The position numbers and the translations under genes are program-made. Source: Candidatus Colwellbacteria bacterium (GTDB lineage Bacteria > Patescibacteriota > Minisyncoccia > UBA6257 > Colwellbacteraceae). Taken from it: a stretch of DNA of 25,384 nt. Shown here piece after piece: positions 8,231 to 15,772 of the stretch. The first letter of the stretch is position 1. Every line of letters starts with the position of its first letter. The stretch covers positions 1 to 25,384 of the forward strand of contig JAQTRD010000001.1 in assembly GCA_028711965.1 (NCBI GenBank), given 5' to 3'. Under the pieces are notes generated by a model. That model ran no database searches. It was given only the letters and a program-made list of their open reading frames with translations, and was not told the origin of the DNA.

Positions 8231-8286
8231 ATTATCAATTTTTCATTGCCGCTAAAAAAAAGGAAATAAGACAAAAGCCTATACAA

Positions 8287-8715
8287 ATGAAAGTTATATT
8301 TTTACAGGATGTCCGCAATGTCGGACGCAAGGGAGAGATAAAGGAAGTCGCGGATGGCTACGCGAGAAACTTTCTTATCGCGAAAAGGCTGGCTTCTCCG
8401 GCAACGGCAAAGAACGTTAATGAAGCGGAAAAGAAAATAGACACCGCCGATAAAAGGGCTAATGAATTCAGAAATAAATTAGAATTGATAAATGAGGAGA
8501 AGATATCTCTTGCTTTGAGGACAGGAAAAAAGGGGGAGATATACGGCTCGATTACCAGAGAGGATATCGAAAAAGAACTCGATAAAAAGGGATTGAAAGG
8601 AGTCGAGATTAGGCTTCCCAAGCCGATAAGGGAGATAGGAGAACACAAGGTAGAATTGAGTATCGGAAAAGGCGTGACCGGCAAGATTAACATCTCCATC
8701 ACGCCAACGGAATAA
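8287..8715 (+). CDS. rplI: 50S ribosomal protein bL9
   Basis: MKVIFLQDV...[17 protein letters not shown] signature; C-terminal GEIYGSIT and PIREIGEH. Confidence 0.97.
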   Translation: MKVIFLQDVRNVGRKGEIKEVADGYARNFLIAKRLASPATAKNVNEAEKKIDTADKRANEFRNKLELINEEKISLALRTGKKGEIYGSITREDIEKELDKKGLKGVEIRLPKPIREIGEHKVELSIGKGVTGKINISITPTE

Positions 8716-8781
8716 ACAGCCGGATTTTATGAAGTGTAACGACGAAATGAGTTAAAACATTAGAATAGAAGATTTGTAATC

Positions 8782-8807
8782 AAAAATCCGCCTTACGGCG
8801 GACTTTT
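8782..8807. terminator. Bidirectional terminator between rplI and the minus-strand small RNA
   Basis: AAAAATCCGCC-TTAC-GGCGGACTTTT; GUAA (GNRA) loop and a G-U pair on the minus strand; T-runs on both sides. Confidence 0.75.
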
Positions 8808-8878
8808 GAAAATGGTCTTCGGGATGAAACATTCCTCGGTCATTGCTTTCGCAAAGTCGGAGACTGTTCCATTCGCTC
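8782..8878 (-). ncRNA. Candidate ~95-nt standalone structured small RNA (unclassified)
   Basis: Own promoter upstream, terminator downstream, no substantial ORF. Hand fold gives an 8-bp basal stem, a kink-turn-like motif and a GAAA tetraloop. Confidence 0.5.
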
Positions 8879-8883
8879 CGCGC

Positions 8884-8912
8884 ATAGTAGCATACTGTCT
8901 ATTAAAAGTCAA
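8884..8912 (-). promoter_or_regulatory. Sigma70-type promoter with extended -10 for the candidate sRNA
   Basis: TTGACT (8912-8907), 17 nt, TG-C-TACTAT (8889-8884). Confidence 0.7.
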
Positions 8913-8913
8913 T

Positions 8914-8933
8914 GCCCCGCTGTAGAGCGGGGC
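8914..8933 (-). terminator. Terminator-like hairpin after 8941..9417
   Basis: GCCCCGC-6 nt-GCGGGGC 7-bp GC stem followed by an imperfect T-tract (ATTGACTTTT) that contains the next -35. Confidence 0.55.
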
Positions 8934-8940
8934 GTCAGAA

Positions 8941-9417
8941 CTAAAACTGGAGGCAAGAAGGAACTCCTAAAAGAGTTTCCCAACAAATCTTGAACACGGG
9001 ATGTTCATTTCCTATCTGCTTCAAAACGTCGCGTGCCTCATCGGTCCATCTGATATCGTATTCCTGGCGATTTTCCGCGTTGAAGCAATCATAAGCCTCA
9101 TCTTCGTTTGAAACCGAGAATAGCCCGAGAATGTCGCTTGTCATCCCTCTCCAGTTTTCGGGATCAACATATTCCAGATGCCGCCCGAGGCATGAAGGGT
9201 CTTCCGCGTCCGAAAAGCTATTGTCGGGAAAAAAGAAGATCAGCTGCCTGCCGATTGAAAGCAGAGGCGCCCGATGTTTTTCATTAAGGCTTTCACCTAC
9301 GGCAATCCTACTCGGACTTCCTTCTCTCCCTTTCAGCTTATTGGCATAAGGAATACCATCGATGGTTTGAACCAGATAAATCGAGTTCTTTGTTACAGCA
9401 ACGAATTCTTCTAACAC
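8941..9417 (-). CDS. Hypothetical protein
   Basis: 158-aa ORF, GTG start with G-rich SD, own promoter TTGACT-17-(TG)TACTTT at 9484-9456, and a downstream hairpin. Confidence 0.7.
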   Translation of the reverse strand: MLEEFVAVTKNSIYLVQTIDGIPYANKLKGREGSPSRIAVGESLNEKHRAPLLSIGRQLIFFFPDNSFSDAEDPSCLGRHLEYVDPENWRGMTSDILGLFSVSNEDEAYDCFNAENRQEYDIRWTDEARDVLKQIGNEHPVFKICWETLLGVPSCLQF

Positions 9418-9503
9418 CTGTGTTCCCCCCTTAATTATTAATTTGGTCTGGGCTTAAAGTAACATTTTAAGCGCTATGAGTCAAATTAGTCGATCGATTC
9501 CCT

Positions 9504-9532
9504 TTGACAATCAAGTGTATTTATAATACTAT
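9504..9532 (+). promoter_or_regulatory. rpmA promoter
   Basis: TTGACA (9504-9509), 17 nt, TACTAT (9527-9532). Confidence 0.7.
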
Positions 9533-9577
9533 TCACCCTGCTAATTCAGCATAAATCCAATTTTTATAAAGTAACAA

Positions 9578-9862
9578 ATGGCACATACAAAGGCACTAGG
9601 ATCGACAAAAAACGGAAGAGATTCCGCCGCGCAACGGCTGGGTGTTAAACGCAACCACGGCCAATTTGTGGGAGCTGGAGAAATAATCGTCCGTCAGAGA
9701 GGAACCCGCTATTCTCCGGGAAAGAACGTCGGTAGAGGTAAAGACGACACACTTTTCGCGCTAAAGCCCGGAACGGTCAATTTTTCCGAAAAAAGGAAGA
9801 TCTGCTATAACACCAAGCCACGCCGTGTGATGTGTGTGGATATCGTTCCGCAAAAAGCGTAA
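9578..9862 (+). CDS. rpmA: 50S ribosomal protein bL27
   Basis: [22 protein letters not shown]...[10 protein letters not shown]...[16 protein letters not shown]. Confidence 0.98.
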   Translation: MAHTKALGSTKNGRDSAAQRLGVKRNHGQFVGAGEIIVRQRGTRYSPGKNVGRGKDDTLFALKPGTVNFSEKRKICYNTKPRRVMCVDIVPQKA

Positions 9863-9984
9863 AATCCTTAATTTTAACGCGATTCGTTGTCGCGTTATCG
9901 AAAAATAAAACTCGCCGTACGTTCCAGTACGGCTTGTCTTATTTTTCTCACGCTCCTAGACTCGCATTCAAAATTAAGGATTTT
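9861..9984. mobile_element. MITE-like palindromic element, copy 1 (124 bp)
   Basis: Perfect 15-bp terminal inverted repeats AAAATCCTTAATTTT / AAAATTAAGGATTTT, internal hairpins (AACGCGA/TCGCGTT, GCCGTAC/GTACGGC), and a core shared with 17153-17277. Confidence 0.6.
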
Positions 9985-10109
9985 GCAACTTTGTCGTATT
10001 TAAATTTCATATACTAATTATAGCTATCACTTCTAACGTTTTTCCCATTCCACCGTCCAGCGGATCCAGTATCTCCCATAATTTACTAATTTCGCGTTAT
10101 AATCATTTT

Positions 10110-11168
10110 ATGACAGCCATTGTGAGGGTGAACCTCGATGTGTCGGACAAAGAGATTGCAAAATCTATTCGCATCATTCGGGCGGTGGATTCTCTGAAAA
10201 CGCTTCAGAAAAAATATTCTAAAATCGTAATCTTAAGCCATAGAGGCAGACCGAAAGGGATAAACCAGAAGTTAAGCCTTAGACCGGTTGGAACGGCACT
10301 TTCAAAGCGATTAAAAAAGAAAGTTATTTTTATTGATAACCATGATTTAAATAAAGCGCGCTCCATTATAGAAAAAGGAGACAAAGGGGTATATCTATTG
10401 GAAAACGTTCGCTTTCTTGAAGGAGAAGAAAAGAATGAATCTTCTCTCTCGAAATCACTTGCCGGACTTGGGGACATCTTTATTAATGACGACTTTGCCA
10501 CCGCTCACAGGCAATCTTCTTCCGTTGCCGGCATTACTTCTTTTATTAAATCAATTCCTGGGCCGATTATGAAAGCGGAAGTTGCGGCTCTCACAAAGGT
10601 GATGAGAAATCCGAAGCGCCCTCTCGTGCTTATTATCGGCGGAGCAAAAGTGTCGGACAAAATGGCAGTCGTCAAGAATCTTCTTCCTAAATGCGATTCG
10701 GTTCTTCTTGGAGGGGGAGCGGGGAATACGGCAATGATGGCCTCTGGAATAGATATAGGAGACTCTCTTTTTGACGAGGCGTTCTTGAAAGAAGCTGGCA
10801 GACTGATTAAAAACAAGAAAGTGGTTTATCCTGTTGACTTCAGGGTTATGGGTAAGAACATATTGGACATCGGCCCAAATACGGAGCGGCTCTATGTCGA
10901 TCTAATCAAAAAGGCCGGGACTATTGTCTGGGCCGGACCTCTCGGTAATTTTGAAAAGAAAGAATTTTCCAGAGGGTCGGTAGCTATAGCTAAAGCTATC
11001 GCGTCTTCGCGCGCTTTCTCTGTCGCGGGAGGTGGTGAGACGACGTCCCTTATAACCGGACTTGGATTGGAAAAGAAAATAAGCTTCCTCTCAACTGGCG
11101 GAAGCGCGATGCTTGATTTTCTTGCCGGAAAAAAGCTTCCGGCACTCAAGGCGCTCGGAATAAAATAA
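10110..11168 (+). CDS. pgk: Phosphoglycerate kinase (short, divergent)
   Basis: SHRGRP, LLENVRF, DDFATAHR, GGAKVSDK, DIGPNT, GGGET and STGGSAML motifs. Confidence 0.93.
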   Translation: MTAIVRVNLDVSDKEIAKSIRIIRAVDSLKTLQKKYSKIVILSHRGRPKGINQKLSLRPVGTALSKRLKKKVIFIDNHDLNKARSIIEKGDKGVYLLENVRFLEGEEKNESSLSKSLAGLGDIFINDDFATAHRQSSSVAGITSFIKSIPGPIMKAEVAALTKVMRNPKRPLVLIIGGAKVSDKMAVVKNLLPKCDSVLLGGGAGNTAMMASGIDIGDSLFDEAFLKEAGRLIKNKKVVYPVDFRVMGKNILDIGPNTERLYVDLIKKAGTIVWAGPLGNFEKKEFSRGSVAIAKAIASSRAFSVAGGGETTSLITGLGLEKKISFLSTGGSAMLDFLAGKKLPALKALGIK

Positions 11169-11271
11169 AGATGTGGGAATTGTGCTAATTGCGGGAGATG
11201 TTGGAACTGTAAAATGAAGACGGAGGAAGAAAACGTTTTCTTGTTTTAGGATTTTACTGTATCCTCTCTAT

Positions 11272-12111
11272 ATGCCTTCTCCGAAAAAAATCGTTATTTA
11301 TCACAAGAGTTGTATGGATGGCTTTAGCGCCGCTTGGGTCGCCCATAAGAAATTCGGCAAGAAAGCGACTTATTTTCCGGCCGTGCACCAAACGCCTTAT
11401 CCCGCGAGCGTCAAGGGTAATGAGGTGTATATGGTCGACATATGCTATCCGGAAGAAGTTATGCGGAAAATGAAGAGAGACGCCTCGCGTGTCGTTGTTA
11501 TAGATCACCATATCAGCCAGAAAAAAGCCGTGAAAATATCGGATGACCGGCTTTTCGATATAAAGCACTCCGGCTCAGTTCTTGCTTGGAAATATTTTTT
11601 CCCCAAGAAAAAAGTACCTAAGCTGCTGCAATACGTTGAAGACGTGGACATATGGAAGCTTTCTATGCCCCGCACCAAAGAAATGGCCGCTGCGCTGGAT
11701 TCCGTGAAATTCAGTTTTAAAAATTGGGATAAGCTTTACTCCGAACTTGAAACAGCAAGAGGAAGAAAAAAGCATTTGGATAAAGGAAAGGCGGTTATGG
11801 ATTTTATGAACAATATGATCGACGACATTGTATCGGGAGCCGAGGAAGTTAAAATTGGAAGCCATAAGGCGTTTGCCGTCAACTCTCCGGTTCTTGTTTC
11901 TGATGTGGGCCATATACTTGCCACCAAAGCGAAAGGAGTTGGTATTATCTGGGTCAAAAAGAGCGACAGGCTAAAGGTATCCCTCCGATCAACGGGGAAA
12001 GTGGACGTTTCAAAAATAGCCCAGAGATATGGCGGGGGAGGGCATAAAGCGGCTGCCGCTTTTTCTCTGCCTCTAAAAAAAGACGGAGGAATCACGTTCC
12101 CTTGGAAGTAA
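11272..12111 (+). CDS. DHH/DHHA1 family phosphoesterase (NrnB-like)
   Basis: YHKSCMDG, MVD, IDHH, EDVDIW and C-terminal GGGGHKAAAAF motifs. Confidence 0.88.
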   Translation: MPSPKKIVIYHKSCMDGFSAAWVAHKKFGKKATYFPAVHQTPYPASVKGNEVYMVDICYPEEVMRKMKRDASRVVVIDHHISQKKAVKISDDRLFDIKHSGSVLAWKYFFPKKKVPKLLQYVEDVDIWKLSMPRTKEMAAALDSVKFSFKNWDKLYSELETARGRKKHLDKGKAVMDFMNNMIDDIVSGAEEVKIGSHKAFAVNSPVLVSDVGHILATKAKGVGIIWVKKSDRLKVSLRSTGKVDVSKIAQRYGGGGHKAAAAFSLPLKKDGGITFPWK

Positions 12112-12155
12112 TATTTTTACTTGACAAGCGACAATTAATATTGCTTAATACATTA

Positions 12156-12502
12156 AGCAGTCTATGTGATAGCGTTTCGCGCTTTTAGCGCGGGATGAGG
12201 AAAGTCCGGACACCATTCGCCGTTGAGGCGAAAAAATTCAGCAGTTAAAAGCTGCCCTCCGCCGATGAGGCGGAGCGAGGTGCGAACAGTGACGTCCTAA
12301 GCGAAAGCGAGGGAAGACCCGATCCCATCGAAGAAGGTCTAATTCCGCAATAGGGATAAGAAAGCGGAAGTGAAACGGCTAAATCCTTGTTGGGTGCAAG
12401 ACCGCGTTCGCCGATAAGGCGAAAGAGTTGCTTGAGTCCGAGAGCGATCGAGGACCTAGATAAATTATCACATACATACAGAATCCGGCTTATTGGACTG
12501 CT
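12156..12502 (+). ncRNA. rnpB: RNase P RNA (bacterial)
   Basis: Conserved GAGGAAAGTCCGG near the 5' end and ACAGAATCCGGCTTA near the 3' end; terminal helix AGCAGTC/GACTGCT; TTGACA at 12121; terminator directly downstream. Confidence 0.96.
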
Positions 12503-12505
12503 AAG

Positions 12506-12531
12506 AACCCGCCTTTACGGCGGGTTTTTTT
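12506..12531 (+). terminator. rnpB terminator
   Basis: AACCCGCC-TTTAC-GGCGGGTT followed by a T-run. Confidence 0.85.
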
Positions 12532-12612
12532 GCGTGCCTAGACTTGTTTAAAGTAAGCGATTTTTTTATTTAAACGCCGGCTTTTATATCCCTGTGCTAA
12601 TTATATTATCTA

Positions 12613-12641
12613 TTGACAAAATGATGTAAATATGTTACAAT
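12613..12641 (+). promoter_or_regulatory. Consensus-like promoter for 12677..13378
   Basis: TTGACA, 17 nt, TG-T-TACAAT; AAGGAGGG at 12661-12668. Confidence 0.75.
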
Positions 12642-12676
12642 CTCAACCAGATATTTAAGAAAGGAGGGCTATTATT

Positions 12677-13378
12677 ATGGCCCCTAAAATAAGAAATCTC
12701 ATCATACTGGTAGTTGTTTTCATCCTCATATTGCTTGCGCTTTATGTTTTTATTTCAGCCGTTACATTAATTGAAAAGCGTAACGTCGAAATAGAAAAAG
12801 CGCTCGAGCTTATACCGACAGCGTCCTATCCATCAGAAACCGCGATCCAGACACCTCTTGCAACTCCGCAGATAACAACGGAATCAAATGAATCGGAGTT
12901 ACCGGTCATTGTTGATCTGGCATACTGGGAAAGCGCCAGATATGCAATACCGGAAGACGGATCTCCGAACATAGATCACGTAATGATTTATCTCGATGTG
13001 GAATCCAGTACCGCGATTTCATTTCCGTCTGACGGCGCCGTAAGAAAGACCGTCTGGGGAGATGAAGACGAAGGCGCTTATGAAGAGTCCATCGAATTTT
13101 TAAGCAGAGACGGAAGAATCAATATTATTGTAACGTCCGTCAAGATAGTGACTATCTATGGATTGGAAGGAAGCGCGGAATACAACGAACCGGGAGAATG
13201 GATTCTGACTGAATCTGGAGAAGTAGTTGGTTTAACCGTATATGAAGAATTGGTCTCTTATGAAGGGACGCATTCAAATTGCGGTAATATGCTGATAGAA
13301 ATTCCAAAAGAGGAAAACAATCCAGAAAAAGACCCGCTTGATTTCATTAATGAATATATCGCGGGCAGAGAATCATAA
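12677..13378 (+). CDS. Membrane-anchored acidic extracellular protein, possibly a degenerate M23/LytM-like fold
   Basis: N-terminal TM helix and Pro/Thr linker; segments AISFPSDGAV, GEVVG and DPLDFI resemble M23 strand patterns by eye; no HxxxD/HxH Zn ligands. Confidence 0.6.
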   Translation: MAPKIRNLIILVVVFILILLALYVFISAVTLIEKRNVEIEKALELIPTASYPSETAIQTPLATPQITTESNESELPVIVDLAYWESARYAIPEDGSPNIDHVMIYLDVESSTAISFPSDGAVRKTVWGDEDEGAYEESIEFLSRDGRINIIVTSVKIVTIYGLEGSAEYNEPGEWILTESGEVVGLTVYEELVSYEGTHSNCGNMLIEIPKEENNPEKDPLDFINEYIAGRES

Positions 13379-13409
13379 AGATCCTTTCATAAAGAAAGGA
13401 TCTTTTTTT
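13377..13409 (+). terminator. Intrinsic terminator between convergent genes
   Basis: Perfect 12-bp stem AAAGATCCTTTC/GAAAGGATCTTT, 5-nt loop, T-run. Confidence 0.8.
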
Positions 13410-13418
13410 ATAAGCAAA

Positions 13419-14939
13419 CTATTCTATCCTGAAGAGCGCGTATCCTTCTTCTTCGTTCGGTATTTCGGATAAGTCTTTGATATAGACAATATTCTTTATC
13501 GAGCGATGTTCCGGAATAAAAGAGTCGGTTAAGAACATCACGGTTTGTGTCGGCATTGGCCATCCGCGAACATCAGCTCCTCCTGCCGTTACGAGAATAT
13601 ATTTTTTAGTCGAATTAGGCAGAGAATTTATTTCTTGCGCTATATCGACAAAGTTCTGGTTATAGGCTCCCGAAACATTCGGATTGCTTCCCCATCTCAC
13701 GAAGTATAGGAAATATCCCTCGACTACGACAAAAACGGCAAGCAGCATAGCAAAGATCATGCTTATTTTCTTTGATCGGCGGCCGATTTTTTCAAGAAGC
13801 CAGTCAGCCCCGATCCCTGCAAGAATGAAGGCGGGCGGAATTGTGATTATCGCGCGCAACGCATGAGGTATTCCCTCGCTTGAAGCGACAACGGGAAGCA
13901 GAGAGACGGCAAATGAAGAGAAGAGAACAACAAACGGAAACCGGTCTCCGCCATCGGAACCACTCTTTCTTCTGAATAATAAGACTAATCCAGTCGATAT
14001 GCCGATTATAAACAGCGCGCCAACAATGGAAGAGAGAACGGGGTCTCCCGAATAGTTATGTCTCCAATTGAAGTCTCCCATTATATTAAACGATCCGAGT
14101 GTCTTTGCCGTGTTGATAAGTAATGTCAGAACGGGAGATTTGTCTGATATTACCGAAACTTGGGCGGTTCTTCCCAAAAAATCGGACGGGTGGGATATGA
14201 AGTAAGCGGCAAGAGGGGAAAATACCACAATTGAAGCGACAGTGAATGCGGCAAAAACCGAGATGAATTTTCCCGCATATTTTTCTTTTACTGCCTGAAA
14301 AATCTTTGCGAAAAAAATGATGGCTATTATGATTGGTGTCGCGCGATAGGCGATATAGGAATGCATACCCAGCCCGAATACGACTCCCGCTGTCACAGCT
14401 AAGATCATTGCCTTGCCGAAACGCTCCTTAATTAAAGGAAGAGATTTAACTAAGAAGAATAACGACCAAACAAGGAAACAGGGAGCCATATTTGCCCGGA
14501 AACCGATACGGGAAAGGAGAACTGCCCATATCCCGGTTGCCGCGAAAAGAGCGGAGAAAAAAGCTATTCTGACAGATCTTTCTCCTTTGTTTTTAAACAA
14601 CTCCCTAGCGAGGAAGAAAATGCCTATGACGGTAAGAACTCCGAAGAGGGCAGAGGCGGATCTTAAGGCGACGGGAGTGTCGCCGAAGACTTTAGTGAAT
14701 AAGGCTTGGATGTTGATGAATAGCCCTTCCCGGCCGTTGTTTTCGGGATAAAAAACTTTGAACGATCCGGTTGCAAGCGCCTCTTGCGCGTTCGATCCGT
14801 TCATCGCTTCATCGGGGTAGAGACCGGGAGGGAGCGTTTCTAAATTGTAGAAACGAAAGAACGCGGCTATAATTAAAACAATAAGGGCGGCTCGTCTCGC
14901 CGAGGGCTCGCTAAGGCGGACCCAAATACTTTTTGTCAT
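13419..14939 (-). CDS. Lipid-linked-donor glycosyltransferase (ArnT/PMT, GT-C fold)
   Basis: 506-aa polytopic protein with PPGLYPDEA acidic motif in the first loop, LRSASALFG and PHALR. Confidence 0.85.
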   Translation of the reverse strand: MTKSIWVRLSEPSARRAALIVLIIAAFFRFYNLETLPPGLYPDEAMNGSNAQEALATGSFKVFYPENNGREGLFINIQALFTKVFGDTPVALRSASALFGVLTVIGIFFLARELFKNKGERSVRIAFFSALFAATGIWAVLLSRIGFRANMAPCFLVWSLFFLVKSLPLIKERFGKAMILAVTAGVVFGLGMHSYIAYRATPIIIAIIFFAKIFQAVKEKYAGKFISVFAAFTVASIVVFSPLAAYFISHPSDFLGRTAQVSVISDKSPVLTLLINTAKTLGSFNIMGDFNWRHNYSGDPVLSSIVGALFIIGISTGLVLLFRRKSGSDGGDRFPFVVLFSSFAVSLLPVVASSEGIPHALRAIITIPPAFILAGIGADWLLEKIGRRSKKISMIFAMLLAVFVVVEGYFLYFVRWGSNPNVSGAYNQNFVDIAQEINSLPNSTKKYILVTAGGADVRGWPMPTQTVMFLTDSFIPEHRSIKNIVYIKDLSEIPNEEEGYALFRIE

Positions 14940-14954
14940 TGATATAATTTTATT

Positions 14955-15608
14955 ATGGATAACGAGACTTTGCTACTGGTTGCCATTACTATTGCCGCTT
15001 TCGCTGTAATAATCGCCGTTGCCGCGCGGTATTTGATTCGCAGTTTTAAAAAGGCCAGAAGGGATGCCGTTGTCTTTTCGATCAATCTTAACGACAAAGA
15101 AGAGGAAAGGGCGGCGGAATTCTTAAAAAAGGTTTCTTTTCCTATCGCTTTCGACGTGGTAGTTCAGCATCTTGGGAAAGAGAGGGAGAATTATTTTATT
15201 GTTTCCCGGAAATACGCCGAAAGAGCGGAAAGAGAACTGAAAGATCATTGGCCTGGTGTCTCGATATCCATGTCTCATGATTATCTCATATTCCATCACG
15301 GCGGATTTTATGACGCCTTCAGAGTCGCGATACCGGAACACGAATTCGGAGGACACGACATATCGGCCGTGGACCTCTCGAAAATAAATGAAATAGGAGA
15401 AGGAGCGCTTATCCGTTTCTTCCGCGATCCGGGAGATAAATCGGCCGACATTAAAGTGCTGGGAATGTTTTCCGCTCCGAGCGAGAGGCAGCTTATGGAG
15501 GTTGAAAGCGTCGTTAAAAAGTCTTTTGAAGGAAGGAAAATACTAAAGCCGAGAAATAAGGACGAAGTATTCGAAGCGTTTAACTCTACGGAGGAAATAG
15601 CTGTTTAA
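14955..15608 (+). CDS. Hypothetical membrane-anchored protein
   Basis: 217 aa with an N-terminal TM helix. FDVVV.HLGKE..NYFIVSRKY...WPG...DYLIF and LSKINEIGEGA segments resemble the N-terminal region of CPR VirD4-like proteins, from recollection only. Confidence 0.6.
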   Translation: MDNETLLLVAITIAAFAVIIAVAARYLIRSFKKARRDAVVFSINLNDKEEERAAEFLKKVSFPIAFDVVVQHLGKERENYFIVSRKYAERAERELKDHWPGVSISMSHDYLIFHHGGFYDAFRVAIPEHEFGGHDISAVDLSKINEIGEGALIRFFRDPGDKSADIKVLGMFSAPSERQLMEVESVVKKSFEGRKILKPRNKDEVFEAFNSTEEIAV

Positions 15609-15703
15609 ATTTCCAATTTCTCCCCTTTCGGGGATCTCCCGCAGGGAGACAAATCTCAATTTCCAAAAGGCTGACATTGTGTTATATTTTCCTTGGACGG
15701 CGG

Positions 15704-15772
15704 ATGCGCACTCGCAAAACACAAATGGTTATTCGGGGTCACCACTGCCGTCCACTCAAGATCCGTCGATGA
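15704..15772 (+). CDS. Candidate 22-aa basic micropeptide MRTRKTQMVIRGHHCRPLKIRR (or coding-like part of an sRNA)
   Basis: ATG 15704 to TGA 15772, inside a unit bounded by an extended -10 (TG-T-TATATT, 15680-15688) and a hairpin (15758-15782). Confidence 0.4.
   Translation: MRTRKTQMVIRGHHCRPLKIRR

Noticed and set aside
8782-8878. c-di-GMP-II, SAM-I, SRP RNA or hammerhead identity for the small RNA
   Set aside because: Their conserved cores (pseudoknot GCAC/GUGC, SAM-I junction motifs, SRP domain IV loops, CUGAUGA) are absent, and no gene lies downstream to regulate.
9832-10017. 61-aa ORF after rpmA
   Set aside because: It is read through the MITE-like element and has no RBS or motif.
10007-10093. 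Minus-strand frame reading ...DPLDGGMGKTLEVIAIISI, resembling a Walker A/SNF2 fragment
   Set aside because: Only 13 codons from the first ATG, bounded by stops, and no other domain context; likely chance.
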